Shown here piece by piece: positions 11,757-25,400 of a stretch of 64,000 nt of DNA; the first letter of the stretch is position 1, and each line of letters begins with the position of its first letter. Both the position numbers and the translations under genes were made by a program. A model generated the notes under the pieces. It saw only the letters and a program-made list of their open reading frames with translations. It searched no databases and was not told the origin of the DNA. This DNA comes from Marsupella aquatica (taxonomy: Eukaryota; Plantae; Marchantiophyta): positions 16,085,974 through 16,149,973 of the forward strand of contig OZ316899.1 in NCBI GenBank assembly GCA_973895155.1. Reading direction: 5' to 3'.

Positions 11757-11994
11757 AATGGCAGAGTATTGGTCTCCTCACTCCGAAGCCGCCACTTAGT
11801 GGTCTTTGTGATCAAGCATGGATTAGGTCATAACTCAAATCCCGCCGGATCTCAACCATTGGATCCTTTCCCTTATCATCTAACACGTAGTAATCGGCAT
11901 CGGTCTTAATTGTTACCTTATACTCTCTATCTATCCTTATTTAGCCATTATTTTAGGCTTAATTATTACTTCGTAATCCTGGCAAGGCATCACA
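11091..11994 (-). mobile_element. Family E LTR 5' part (B-related), interrupted by D1
   Basis: Terminus ...GGCATCACA at 11994, as in family B; carries an ORF sharing the B N-domain. Confidence 0.75.
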
Positions 11995-13547
11995 AGGACT
12001 GTTGGGCTGGTTGGGTTTTATCTGTTGTCAGCCTCTGTTCCAGAACCTCCTCTTGTGCCCTTGCCTACAAGGGAAGTACTAGGGCAAAGATCTGACTCCT
12101 GGCATACCGGCACAACAACGGGATGTGATAGCCAAGCTGGAACACGCTTCCCTGGCCGATCACCTATTGTTCCTCCTTCAAGATCTTCTTTAGTTAGGTG
12201 ATGAGGTACCCGTTGTAGTCCCGGCTTGGGTCTGGCCTCTCCGCTAGGTAGACCTGTGCCTTGCCAATCTCTGGTCTTGGCAAGTTGCAGTGCATGGTTA
12301 CCCGCAAGAAATCGATCATCTCACCAATGTGCGGGTTGGTGTAGATATTCCAAAAGAAGTCATTCTTCGTTGATGGCCCTGGGAACAATCTGAACTCCTT
12401 GTCTGGCAAGGTCTTTCGGGTATCTATTTTGGTCTTATTGCCCATCGGCAAGTCAAACACTTTGGCAATCACCTGGGGAGTGAGATAGAAATCCTTCCCA
12501 TACACCCTTGTGGAATTTGTCTCGGGATCCCATGATCCCACAAATTCCAATAAGTCAGAATCCGGCACCCCAGGCTTCAGCCACGGTAATTTCACAAAGG
12601 CTTCCAAGCCGGATCCGGCCATGAAGCCTTGGTACTTTTGAGTCTGCATAGTCGTAAAGCATGCATCTTCTCTCGTGCAAAGTATAATTGCACTTCCTCT
12701 AGGAGGGTTGACGCCCAGCCCCTCCAGGTGTCATCCCTCGTTGGAACGACATTGATTGGGTCGACCTCCTCTTCTTCGGCTTCCTTGGTGCCGCCAACCT
12801 TGTTCTCTTTGCGGGGGTGGCCTCTTTGTTGTTTGGCCCTTTCCTCTTCATGGCGGCTGTTGTGGATATTTCTCCAAGCACGGTTGCCTTTGTCCACACC
12901 TCCGTGCTACCCTTTAGGTCCCAATGTACGTCGTTGCAACGGTTGATGGCTTCTTGGATGCCGACAATTCTGTTCTCACAAAACAGAAGGTTGTCGAGCT
13001 GATTGGCAGTAGGAGTCCACAAGAACTCAGCCTTGATGAGCTCCCCTCCAAGGAAGGTAGACTTCTGCAGTTCCCATAGTCGAGCAAGCTCCTGCTGTTC
13101 TCGTGCTGCCCTTTCCGATTCTTCATCCTCGTAGGTCCCAATGTAACTACTCAGTTGCCCGGTCAAACAGGCATCCCCAAAAATGAGTAGCTTGATTGAC
13201 GTTGCTCATGCCCTCCTTGAGTTGATACTTGGTATCTTCTCCCGCCCAGAGTGCTTGCCTAAGCAGCTGACAGTAGTTGGCTTCTCGCAATCCTCTGTTT
13301 GGTTTGTGCTTGCAAATGAGCCGCCATTCCTTGTGATCGGTCCTTAACCCCCCTTGCCTGGTCTCCCTTCCCGTTGGTTACCCCTAGCCGCTGGCACTTA
13401 GCGCGCCCTAACCCTAATTGCGTTCCCTGCCGTGGCGTCCTTACTTCCGGCCTCAGCTCGGGTTCCATATTTTCCTTGTTTTGTTACTACACTAATATGT
13501 TTTCAGGGTACACTCCTGGTTTTACCATTTAGCGGCTAGGCATCACA
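11995..13547 (-). mobile_element. Family B LTR 5' part (B2, diverged, ORF frameshifted), interrupted by E
   Basis: Colinear with ~6370-7965; ORF pieces 13259-13468, 12699-13166, 12194-12649 match B1; terminus CTAGGCATCACA at 13547. Confidence 0.88.
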
Positions 13548-14031
13548 GTCATGATGGTAGTGTTGTTTCAGATGTTGTGGGCATTGTGGCTGGGGCATAA
13601 TGAGCACATGTTCCAGGTTGTTGGGAGTAGGAAATTAGACTTCCGATTCATATTGTCTGAGGCAGCGGATCATGTCTCTGCTATTTTGATTTCATTGCCA
13701 GTGTGCAACCAAAAAACACAATTACTGAGGGCAAAGGAAATGATTAATAGGGAGAGGATTGCATGGCTGAAGCGTAGGGATGTATGGATCACTTCGGGAT
13801 AGGCAAATAGGATCTGGGGGAATTATGGTAAGATGATTGATAGACGGTTAGGTGGCATGCCTGGCTGAGTGGGTGGGCTGTTGGTGACCATGAACCGCCT
13901 TGGGGTTTGGGTCACCTGGTCTGGGCCTCAGAGTGGCCTTTTTTGTTGATGGATGTTTGGGTGTGTCTTTTGGCTATGTGTGTCTCCTCTGCCATGGGGT
14001 TTTCATGGCCACTATATTAAAAATATACAAA
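13548..14031 (+). mobile_element. 3' end relic of an L1-like LINE
   Basis: MLWALWLGHNEHMF resembles the WxxWxxRNxxxF motif at the end of plant L1 ORF2; followed by a GT-rich UTR and A-rich tail (~14012-14031). Confidence 0.55.
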
Positions 14032-14239
14032 ATGTTGTAAGGTAATAACTACAGACTACTAAGTCCCCTCCATGCGTGTTTGGCACAGATTAGGCCGGAT
14101 TACTCATTACCCACCGTGTTGGCGATGTCACAGCAAGTCGTGGTACTTTTAAAAAACCTCAAGTCTTAGAGATTCTGGAATGTTGAGCCGACTCTACTTG
14201 TATTGCCATAACTGGACATTATGCACAACATCCAACCCC

Positions 14240-14870
14240 AATGAAATGTGCCCAACCTTGCCTTGGCTTCCCCCATTCCTTTGCCATTGGCTAACTTGTC
14301 ATCCCCTTACGTTGCGGCCAAAACCTTTGGCCACTCATATTCAAGCATCATGATCCTGTTGACCCGATGATGGTCCATACGCAATAAATCGTCAACTAGT
14401 GTGTATGTCTTCCTAGGAACATGGAGGACTTTGATGTGATCCAATGATTTTCCAACTTACATGACTCAAAGGCCATAGGATGCATGTCTTGATGCAAGGA
14501 GGCACCAATGGCAAACTCACTTGCCTTTGTCCAAATTTTGAACAACTTCCCCATCTCAGGCAACTTCAGAACTGATGACATTACCATAAGTCGCTTATTT
14601 AAGTTCTAGGAATGCTAACTCGCAATCCTGTGTCCACACAAACACTTTGCTTTTCATAGTTAGCGCATTCAAGGGTCTCACAATCTTTGCTTAGTCCTTC
14701 ATGTATCTCCAATAGAACCCTATGAATCCCAAGAAGGCCCTAACTTGACCTCACATTGGACGGACGCTCCCATTATTTGATCTCTTTAAGCTTATCATGA
14801 CTAGGTGTGATCCCTTTCGAGGTAAAGGTATGGCCGAGTAACTGAATCTTATTCATTGCAAACTTGCACA
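14240..14870 (-). pseudogene. Highly degenerate Gypsy RT/RNase H relic
   Basis: VLKLPEMGKLFKIWTKASEFAIGASLHQDMHPMAFES is RNase H-like; upstream RAFLGFIGFY-like RT thumb segment; many stops and indels. Confidence 0.75.
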
Positions 14871-15317
14871 AGTGTTCAAGTTTCAGGTTAGAGTCAAGAA
14901 TCACCATTTTCAATTTTGATTTTCAAGAACTGGTCTGTTCAACTTCAACGTTGTCGTGCCAAATGATTTCGGCTCAGGAATGGCTTTTATAGGGGATGAT
15001 GGACGAGGCCTCCCGGTTGGGTTGCATGCATGCTGACTCGGAGGGGCTGCTTGGTTGGATGGATTGAGGTTTGGTGATTGGGTGACTCGTCGTCACCAGG
15101 TTTGGTGTTTGGGTGAGTCACCAGGCTTGGAGTTTGGATGAGCCTCGCTGATGGCAGCTGGCTCAGGCTGGATGGTTGGGTTTCTGATGCTACTTAAGAC
15201 TTGAGCCTCGGCTCATTGAGGTTGACGGTTGTCTATTGAGTCGGTTGAGTTACGTTCTGTGAGTTCCGCGTCATTCTGCGGGACTCGGCTGTCGTGCGTC
15301 GGTTTTGGAGTTCGGAG

Positions 15318-15435
15318 TGAGTTTTTGATCCAGGCAAGGAGTTTTTGATCCAGGCGGGGAGTTTCTCGAGTCTGGAGTCTCGTTCATCCAGGCGGGAATT
15401 TCTCGAGTTTGGAGCCTCTTTGGTCCAGGCCCGAG
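15318..15435. repeat. Short degenerate tandem repeat (gagtttttgatccaggc-type)
   Basis: tccaggc recurs four times, with gagttt motifs. Confidence 0.6.
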
Positions 15436-16296
15436 TTCCGTGCGAGCTGTTTTAGACTAGTGGAGTAGCTAGTCGAGTTTTGGTTTTGTGAGCTAAGGAG
15501 GATAGTTTTTCCGTCAGATTTTGAGTAGTTAGTCACTCGAGGAGTTCTACCCGACAAGTTAGAGGTAGCGGCCCGCCATAGGGCCAGCTACCAGACTCTT
15601 GCGAGCAAGCTCACTTGAGGGCACCTATTGTAACCTTTGTGAGAAAAGTAAAAAATTAAAAGGAGTGAGAGTTCGCTCTGAAAAGTGCTTGTCACCTGTC
15701 CTGATCGCAGCCAGAAGCGTGTAGTTTGCCCGAGGAGCCCCTAACTTAAAGTCCACGCGATAACGTCCAGTATGTGCAAAATTCATTGACTTGTACTGAG
15801 TAACCAAAAGTTGTAGTAGAACTCCGCCCGATGGACGTTGTGCCTTTTTGGTCTGTTTGATGTTGATTTGTTTACCCTGCCGCGGGGCTTTTGTGGTGTT
15901 AAAATTAGAAAAATCACCCTTTCAAGGAAAAGTTGTAGCCAAACTTCATAAAGTTAATGGTTGAAGGGATCTTTGATCATCTATGGGATATTTTGAGTAA
16001 TTGGAGGTTGTCTTGAGACTGGTTTCTACTGATCATTGTGCAAATGTCAACCTACACTAGCAAGACAAAACTTGAGACCCCGAGGCAAATACATTTTTGT
16101 AGCTTTGCACATGTATCCTTATCCTGAACAAGTTTATGGAGTTTATCTTGATGCAAGCTTAAGACAAATTACATAATGGAGTAAGGGAGTACATTGCCAC
16201 ATTTCTCCTTTCCAAATTTCCAAAGGGAGTTACACTCACAAGAATTCACTTAGGCTTTACATTATAACTCACTAGCTCAATAGCCGTGCGTTGCAC

Positions 16297-17140
16297 AAAA
16301 GATGTCATGTCAGCCAAGATGTTGTGTCGGCCAAGATTTGGTTGAGAAAAAAAATGTCGTGTCGGCCAAGAGGTCATTGAGAAAAAAGATGTTGTGTAGG
16401 CCAAGAAGTCGTTGAGACAAAGGATATTGTGTCGCGCAGCTAAGAAGTGGTCCAGGAAAAAAATGTCGTGTTGGCCAAGATATCATTGAGGAAAAAAATG
16501 TCATGTCGGCCAAGACGTCATTGAGAAAAAAATGTAGTGTCCGCCAAGGCGTTGTTGAGAGAAACGATGTCGTGTCGACCAAAACATCATTGAGGAAAAA
16601 TACCCGTGCGTTGCACAAAAGATGTCGTGTCGCCCAAGATGTTGTTATGTGAAAGATGTCATGAAGTAAACCAATGTCGCCAAGAGGTCATTGAGAAAAA
16701 AGATGTTGTGTAGGCCAAGAAGTCGTTGAGACAAAGGATGTTGTGTCGCGCATCTAAGAAGTGGTCCAGGACAAAAATGTCGTGTCGGCCAAGATGTCAT
16801 TGAGGAAAACAAATGTCATGTCGGCCAAGACATCATTGAGAAAAAAAATGTCGTGTCTGCCAAGGCGTTGTTGAGAGAAACGATGTCGTGTCGGCCAAAA
16901 CATCATTGAGGAAAAATACCCGTGCGTTGCACAAAAGATGTTGTGTTGCCCAAAATGTTGTTATGTGAAAGATGTCATGAAGTAAAATGATGTCGTGAAG
17001 AAAAAAGAAGTCATTTTGCCAAAGATGTCATTATGTGAAAGATGTCGTTAAGAAAAAGGTGTCATTTTGCCAAAGATATCGTGAAGTAAAAGATGTTACA
17101 AGGAAAAAGTTGTCGTTTCACCCAAGTTGTCGTTATGTAA
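16297..17140. repeat. Helitron subterminal minisatellite 1 (gatgtcgtgtcggccaa / gatgtcattgagaaaaa), with a ~316-bp higher-order duplication
   Basis: Visible periodicity; ccgtgcgttgcacaaaagatg recurs at ~16284, 16603, 16919. Confidence 0.9.
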
Positions 17141-17754
17141 AATTAGTTGGTAAGTAAAAATTCAAGGAGGGAAGGAGCAAGTCAACCAAGAGTCAGGGTT
17201 GTCACCACTCGATCCTGGGCTTGATGTTGTTGTCAGGGCCTGCATCCAAGGGGAAGCATGGTTTTTTTGGTCCTTTTCCTTTGTCCTTGTCTTTTTCTTT
17301 TTCTTGTTTTCTTTTGTTTTTTTACCCAAATTGCCCCTGCATTTGAATGATGGCCACTCTATAAATTGGCGCCTATTTGAATGACAATCACTCTATACTG
17401 GACGAGGGGCTGCCCTACATTGCGAGTGTGCCCCTCACTTGACACCTTGCCATCAACGCTCGTGCCATACATTTCACTATGTTTTTGGGCCTTATTATTT
17501 TTATTTTTTGACATTGAAAATGACAGTGCAAATGACTATAAAAATCACCACAAATATTGGAAGAATTTTTTTTTAATGATTAGTGTATGTAATACTCTAT
17601 TACACAAAACTTGCATGTGAGTATGTACAATACTTACTACCATGGATCATGGAGGGAGTATTAGAATTGATCCTCGTGCATTTGTGTTAAAGTCTTTCAC
17701 TTTTTGTTTTGTGTCTTATGATTATTTACTAGCCCCATGCCCGTGCATTGCACG

Positions 17755-18150
17755 AAAGATGTCGAGTGATAAAAAGATGTTGAGTGATATAAATATGTCG
17801 AGGTGGTAAAAGGATTTCCAGTGATAAACAAATGTCGAGTGATATAAATATGTCGAGGTGATAAAAGGATGTCAAGTGATATAAATATGTCGAGGTGATA
17901 AAAGGATGTCCAATGATAAACAGATGTCGAGTGATATAAATATGTCGAGGTGATACAAGGATCTTGAGGTGATAAAAGGATGTCCAGGGATAAACAAATG
18001 TCGAGTGATATAAATATGTTGAGATAAAAGGATGTTGAGTGATACAAAGAAGTCGAGTGATAAAACATGTTGAGATGAGCAAAAGATATTGAGATGAGTA
18101 AAACATGTCCATGAGAGAAAAAATGTTTGAGCGAGGCACAAATGTCATGG
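17755..18150. repeat. Helitron subterminal minisatellite 2 (~19-20-nt atgtcgagtgatataaat units)
   Basis: Many tandem degenerate units next to the inner 3' hairpin. Confidence 0.9.
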
Positions 18151-18241
18151 GATATGGGAAGCATGATGAAAATGAAATACATGCTTAAATACAAATTATA
18201 TGAAGACATTGATACCATACTCATGCCAACTTTATTCGCGT

Positions 18242-21200
18242 TCAATAAAGAACTTCATCATATACAACATTTTTGGTCAACCCTGCATGACCCTCCTCGG
18301 AATCTGGAAGCAAAACCTTAATACTTCTAGGCAATGTTGCTCTTGAGAATGCTACGTACAACTGGGCGTGACTAAAAACAGGTTTTGAAAGCTGCAACCC
18401 TACATGTTCTATAGTTTGACCTTGAGCCTTGTTGATGGTCATCGCATATGCCACTCGGATGGGAAACTGGACCATATGTAATATAAAAGGAAGTGATTCA
18501 TCAGACGTCAATGGAATGTGTGGGATGAACGTAATAGTTCCGGCATATTTTCCTGCAAGGACTCGTGCCTCAATGACACGACGATTCATGGATCTCACAA
18601 TGAGCCTTGTGCCATTACATAATCCAAGTGAGTGATCTATATTCCTTAGCAAGATTATAGGGCATCCAACCTTCAATACTAGCTTGTGAGGTGGTAAACC
18701 ACTCGGTGTTAGCGTATTCAAGAACTCCATAGGATAAAAATTCTCCCCTTCCAGTTGATCTGGACAATCAACGCTTAAAAACTCCTTTGACTCCCCAAGA
18801 AGTCCTTCTAGAATGCAATTGTTGATTTTGAGCGCCTCATTGTTGGTTGGCGCCAGGATAGTTCTCTTGCTTAAGAACTTATCATCCACGTTCAAAAGAG
18901 ATGGGTAGATTGCACTAATCAAAGATTCCACACGTCCTCCCTCCACCACCATAGACTCCGGACATGTAATAAGGTTATTTGAAGGTCCTTGCTTTGGGAG
19001 TTTGTCATCGCCCAATGCAAGAAGCCACTATGCAAATGTCAGATTGCCAAACTCAGGAGATGCCAAAGTTCCTCTTGCCCGCATATTTTTTGTTAGTTTA
19101 TACATTTCTATACTATTCCAGATGTAAGATTTCTTCAAACACGACCCCACAATCTCCGGACAATGTCATGTAGCGTTCTATCCAACGCCTCAACACCATG
19201 CCGATGGATCATGAGTGCTTCATCCCATAAGATAAAAGTTGCCCTCCGTAACAGTCCACCAAGGTTAGATTGTTTTTGAACAACACATGTTGATGTTGAG
19301 ATCGGTTTCAATGGAAGCTTGAATTGTGAGTGCGCCCTCCATTTAACAAAAGACCTACAATACCTGAGGAAGCCACAGCCAATGCCACATCCCCATCAGC
19401 ACTCACTCTCCTCAATAGAATATTCTCCACAAATGTTTTGCCTGTCCCCCCTGGCCCATCAACAAAAAATGTTCCTCCATCTCAAGCCCTCACTTCTGCA
19501 AGTATTGCAGTGTAGGCTGCCCTTTGGCCATTGTTTAACAACGGCTCTTGTTCTGCAAGTTGTTGAGGAAGTACATCAATCGGGTGGCATGTCTCCTCCC
19601 GTATCAAGCGATTCCTATTTTCCGGTTCTTCAAAAAATTGCACACTTGGAACCGGAAGACCAAACCCCAACAATGTTTTACCAATACTTTTCAAAGCCTC
19701 ATTGATCAAATATAGGGCAAAGCTTTGTTGTTGCTCCTCAATGGGATCCAAAAAACCCATTGAGCTCTGAAGACAATAACAACAATCATCGCTCAAATTC
19801 GATGCATGTTGGGTCCATAGGTCACACGGTCTAGCAACACCTCCACATAACATGATTGTGATGAATAGTTGTCAAAGTTGTGTGCCCGTCTGCATACCAG
19901 CCGCTTCTTGAAGACATCTATCCCATTCTTCATCGTTCTCGTACAAACCCCAAGCAAGAGCCGTTGCCTGAAAAGTTGGGTATACAATGCCCTCAAAAGT
20001 CCTAAGGTCAACGAATGATGTTGCACCTTTGATATGAAGTAGAAGTGCTTGCAAGTAGTATCGTTCCCCCGCAGCAGGTGGCACAAAATACATCCTTCCA
20101 ATGCTAAACCCCCTTCTTCGAGGAGTCCATGCACGCATTGTCGGATTCCATACAAAGCCATGAGGGAAGTTTGTATACAGAATCTGCCTAGGGTGTTCGT
20201 GCAAAGCATTTGCTTTGAACCACCCAGCTAGAGTTGTATCCCTATGAGATTCTTGTTGGACCACATCAATGATTTCAGAATCTTCATGAAACATAATTGA
20301 TTGTTCCCCCTCGCAATGCACCTACAGCCGTTGCACCAAAGTACTACTCTCCGACATTTCAAACTGATTAATCCGCCATACTCCTTCTGCAACAGACACA
20401 TACCTGGCATCTAAATGCTCTTTTATTTCATCACGTGCTCTACGGTCTCCATTGTTGCTTTATCATGCCCTTTGTAGCAGTACTTATATAATACTTAATG
20501 GTTTTGATAGAGCAACATATCTCCACGTTAATATGAGCGTTGTATTTCATGCTCAAATATGGACTATGAGGAACAACCCACCTATTATCAAACTTAAACC
20601 CACTTCTGTCCTTTGTGAAATTGCGCCCATCATCTTGATGCTGATACATGGGATACCCATCATCCCCCAAAACTGTTTCAATTGAAAATGGTCGAGGGTA
20701 GCCCTTGCTACATTGTCCGTCAACCACGCAAGGCGAGTTGGGGTACCCCCTACCACATGGTCCATGCATCATGCATTTTGTTATAGTCTGAAATAATTGC
20801 GGATACACCCTCACGTCCGGAATCTCTACAGAAACTAATTGGTCCACCAACTCCGGCGCGCATAGTTTATGGCGTTCAACCAATTTGATCAAAATGTGGG
20901 CATGCGGAAAACCCCTCTTTTGAAACTCGATGACATACATAGAGGCAACAGGTCTACCTAAGACCCTTGCACGAATGTCCGCCAAAACTACCTTCAACTT
21001 GAGTTTGAATACGCGAGCAACAATGTCATCCCGATCGGCCAGGGTTTGATAGGGGTAGCACTCCGCTCTGACTTCTGGCCATTCAGGATTGCATGTAAAT
21101 GTGGTAAAAAGGCCAGGGGGACCATACGGGCGTACAACGGCCATGGCATCTTGGTGTGCCTGCATCATTGCGGGCACTACCCCCATATGAGGACGGAAAA

Positions 21201-21330
21201 ATGTAGGTCCTACCCACATCACCTGCACGTGCATCTCCATCTTGAACTGCATCTTGAAGCCCTTGATATAGTTCCGTGCACAACTTTTTTTGATTGTTGA
21301 AAATGTAGGTCAGTCGCGTTTGATCTATAC
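18242..21330 (-). pseudogene. Helitron Rep-PIF1 helicase, fragmented
   Basis: FTTFTCNPEW; HUH motif IEFQKRGFPHAHIL; Walker A DGPGGTGKT (~19440-19465); LCNGTRL; QFPIRVAYAMTINKAQGQT; FSHAQLYVAFSRA; several frameshifts; N-terminus missing. Confidence 0.95.
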
Positions 21331-21730
21331 TTAAACGCGGCCTCCTCTCCCCAATGGAAGGCCCAATGCATGCTTGTCGTTTTGCATGTGGGGCTGTTTT
21401 TGAAAATATTGGATCATTTTGTTGGTCACATTTTTTGGGCGGTGATCCATTCTTGTGGCTATCACCAATGGTATGCCCATGCTCGTGGTCACCCCCCCAT
21501 CCGTGCCCTCCTCTCCCCAATGCTCGTCGTTTCCCATGCAGGGCTGTTTCTCACTCACCTATGGTCCCCTTACATATGTTTTTGGGGTCCTGCCACCCCC
21601 GGACCACCTCTGCCAATGCATTTTTGGCCCTCAACCCAAAAAATACACGTAAAATGATGCGTGGTGCTACGTGAGTGACTAACTTAAATTGGTGCGGCTT
21701 GACTACCACTGCCGCAATCCGTGCGTGGAC

Positions 21731-22094
21731 TGTTGGGATATGATCTAGACCGAACGAGACAGCGTCAACGCATGTGAACAACATCCATAGACTCCGACAA
21801 TTGAAGTACGTGGTTCACCCCGTCTGGGCTACGTCCATGGCCGTGAGAGAAATCCAGTAATACACACCTATTACATCCGCCATAGCCAGCGTGCTAGAGC
21901 TCCTCCTCTCACTCCCTCACTCTGTCTTCTAAGGAGTGAACCTTCAAATGTGAGCACAAGTTTGTGTTACCCTTGGGTATACCCCCTCCCATGGTCTATG
22001 GGAACCTGGAACTCAAACTAGTGCTATCCTAGTATAGTGAAGTCTAGCTAGTACTATGGAAGTATATAGGTTATACTAGAGGCATAACCTAACA
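21731..22094 (-). repeat. Copia 3' LTR (364 bp)
   Basis: tgttgggat...cctaaca; PPT (plus strand aactccccctt) at 22095-22105. Confidence 0.95.
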
Positions 22095-22435
22095 AACTCC
22101 CCCTTGACTCTAGTCCTCAGCTAACTACTTGGTAGTGTTACTTCTAACTATCCGTATGAATCTCCTCGAGAAGTTATAGAAGGTAAAACCAATGAGTTTT
22201 CCCTCTATACCTGAGAGCTAACTAGAACTAAACCATAGCTGACAAAGTGTTAGATAGAGCAGACATACTTAGAAATAAACTACCTACCTAATACTAGCTC
22301 TTGTTACCCATATGTATCTCCTCGGGAAATTCTAGACAGAAAACCTATGTTCCCCCCTTCTCCATGAGGGTTAACTAGAATTAGACCGTAGCCGGTACAT
22401 ACCGGATAGAGAATACGTATACAAGAAAACTAACA

Positions 22436-25400
22436 CTAAGCATCCTTGTGCAAAATTTGAAGCCTTGCACAATGCTCCGTGAAGTTAGCCAAAGGAATGA
22501 CTTTGGTTAACATATCAGCAGGATTGAGTTTTCCATCAATCTTGATTAACTCAATCTCTTTCTCAGCAACAGCTTGCCTGAGAAAATGATACCTGATATC
22601 AATGTGCTTTACCCTGCCATGCGTCACTTGGTTTGCCGCAATATGTATAGCACTGTTGCTATCACAATGAAGATCCACTTATTTTTGTGGAATCCCCAAA
22701 TCATGAGCCAACTTCCCCAACCAAATAGCCTCCTTTGCTGCCTCTGCTGCTGCTACATACTCAGCTTCAGTAGATGACTGAGATATGCACTTCTGCTTCA
22801 TGGATCTCCAACTTACACATCCTCTTGCCAACGTGAAAGAATACCTTGTAGTAGACTTTCGTTGATCCAAATCACCACCGTAGTCTGAATCCACATATCC
22901 AACAAGAGACATCGCATTGTTTGAATGTGCATCAAACAACAAACCAACCTTAGATGTGTCGTGTAAGTACCTTAGAATCCATTTGACTGCTTCCCAATGT
23001 ACCTTCCCTGGGTTAGCCATGTACCTACTCACCACACCCACAGCATGCGCTATGTCTGGTCGAGTACTAACCATAAGGTACATCAAACTGCCCACTGCAT
23101 TGTCGTAAGGAACCTTAGACATCAACCCCTTTTCAATTGCATCTGTGGGACAAGATGCGGTCGAAAGCTTGAAATGTGCAGCCAGAGGAGTAGTTACATC
23201 CTTAGCACTTGCCATGTTGAACTTAGCAAGTACCTTCTTCGTATACTTACTCTGCGTTAGCCACAATTTCCCCTTCTTCCTGTCTCTATGAATCTCCATC
23301 CCAAGTATGCGTCTGGCTGAACCTAAATCCTTCATACTAAACTCTGAGCTCAACTAAGTTTTGAGTTTAATAATCTCTGCCATATCCTTGGCAACAATGA
23401 GCATATCATCCACATAAAGGACCAGAATAATGAAACCAAACACTGCATTGCTTACCTTCTTCATGTAGACACAACAGTCATATTCACTCTGAACAAAGCC
23501 AAGTGACAACATAAAGGTATAAAACCTCTTGTTCCACTGCCTTGGACTTTGTTTCAGACCGTAAAGCGATTTCAACAGCTTACACACCAAGTGCTCCCTA
23601 CCCTTAGCCACAAATCCTTGTGGCTGCCTCATGAATATCAACTCATCTAGTAGTCCATACAAAAAAGCTGTGACTACATCCATCTGCTCCATGCACAGAT
23701 CAAACTGAACAACCAATGCCATAATCAAGCGCAAAGTAGCCATCGCTACTGCTGGTGATAAGACCTCATTATAGTCCACACCCTTCCTTTGGGTGAATCC
23801 CTTGGCCACAAGCCTGACCTTGTAGATCTTCTCTGCATGTTCAGAAGTGCCATCCTTCTTCTTGAACACCCACTTGCTGTCAATGACCTGTTTACCTTCA
23901 ACAAGCTCAACCAACTCCCAAGTCTTGTTCTTATGCAGTGACTGCATCTCTGTTTGCATGGCAGCACTCCATTGTGCTTTATCCATAGAAGACCTTCACC
24001 ATCTTCTGTAAACATAACGGCTCCAGAATCATCAATATCATCATCACTCTCCAACTGGTCTGAGGGAGACCATGTACCATACCTTTTTGGAGCTTGAATT
24101 GGCTGTGAAGATGACCGCCTAGATGACTCACCCACACCAGGAGCAACTGATTCTCCACTAACTATAGTTGCTGGTACTAGTGCCAATGGTACCGTCGGTG
24201 CTGGTGTTGGTCCATGAGCATACTCATGCTCAATCTCTCCCTCAATCGTGTCAACATCAGGACTATGTGGAATTTCTTCCCCCTCCTTCAATGATGGACC
24301 TTCATTGAAGGTAACATCCCTGCTGACTACCAACTTCTGCGCCTCTGGGTCCCAAAGACGATACCATTTTACTCCCTTCTGGTAGCCAAGAAACACACAT
24401 TTCACAGACTTTGGGTCAAGCTTATTCCGGGAAACTGGAGGCAACAACGCATATGCCTCACATCCAAACACACGCAACCTCGTGTAATCTGCAGGTCTCT
24501 TGTGCCACATCTCAAACGGAGTCTTAAGACCAATACTGCTAACTGGAGACAATGTTAGCAGGTAAGTTGCTGTGTTGACAGCTTCAGCCCAAAAGATCTT
24601 TGATAGACCTGCTTGGCTTAACATACTTCTGTACCTCTCCAATAGTATCATGTTCAGCTTCTCAGAAACACCATTCTGTTGAGGAGTATATGCATTGGTC
24701 AAATGTCGGGTAATGCCTTCACGCTCTAAATAGAGATGAAACTCATTAGAGATATACTCACCTCCATTGTCTGAATGAAAAAATTTCACCTTCTTCCCTC
24801 TTTGTGTCTCAACCTGCATCTTCCACTTCTTGAAGATTGAGAACACCTCAGACTTCTCACGCATAAAGTACACCTAGATCATCCTCGAATAATCATCAAT
24901 AAAAGATACGTAATACTTCATTCCTGACATTGAGAGCTCAGGTGATTCCCACACATAAGAATGTATGTAATCCAAAATATCTTTAGAGGTATGACTGGCT
25001 GCTGAGAAACTTACACAATGCTGCTTACCAAGGACACAGTGCTGACAAAATCCCAACTTGCACGATTTTGCATCTGGCAAGAGATTCTGTTTGCACAACA
25101 CATTCAGCCCTTTCTCACTCATGTGACCTAATCGTGCATGCCACAATCGTGTCTGATCCACCTCTGATGAAACTGCATTGGCACTACCAAGAATTGTGGT
25201 GCCTACCAAGATATATAGATTACCTTGCTTCCTACCTTCCATCACCGCTAGAGGACCATGTGTGACCCTCAAAACTCCATTGGTTGTACTCCATTGACAA
25301 CCAGATGTGTCCAATGCTCCCAAAGAGATCAAATTTCGCTTCAAATCTGGAATGTGACGAACGTTTGTCAATGTACGCACAATTCCATCAAACATTTGAA

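Noticed and set aside
16297-18150. CRISPR-like periodicity
   Set aside because: Degenerate tandem units with no unique spacers, no cas genes and a eukaryotic context
17697-18245. Three overlapping ORFs (182, 139, 89 aa) with repetitive translations
   Set aside because: They are artefacts of the stop-poor Helitron minisatellite
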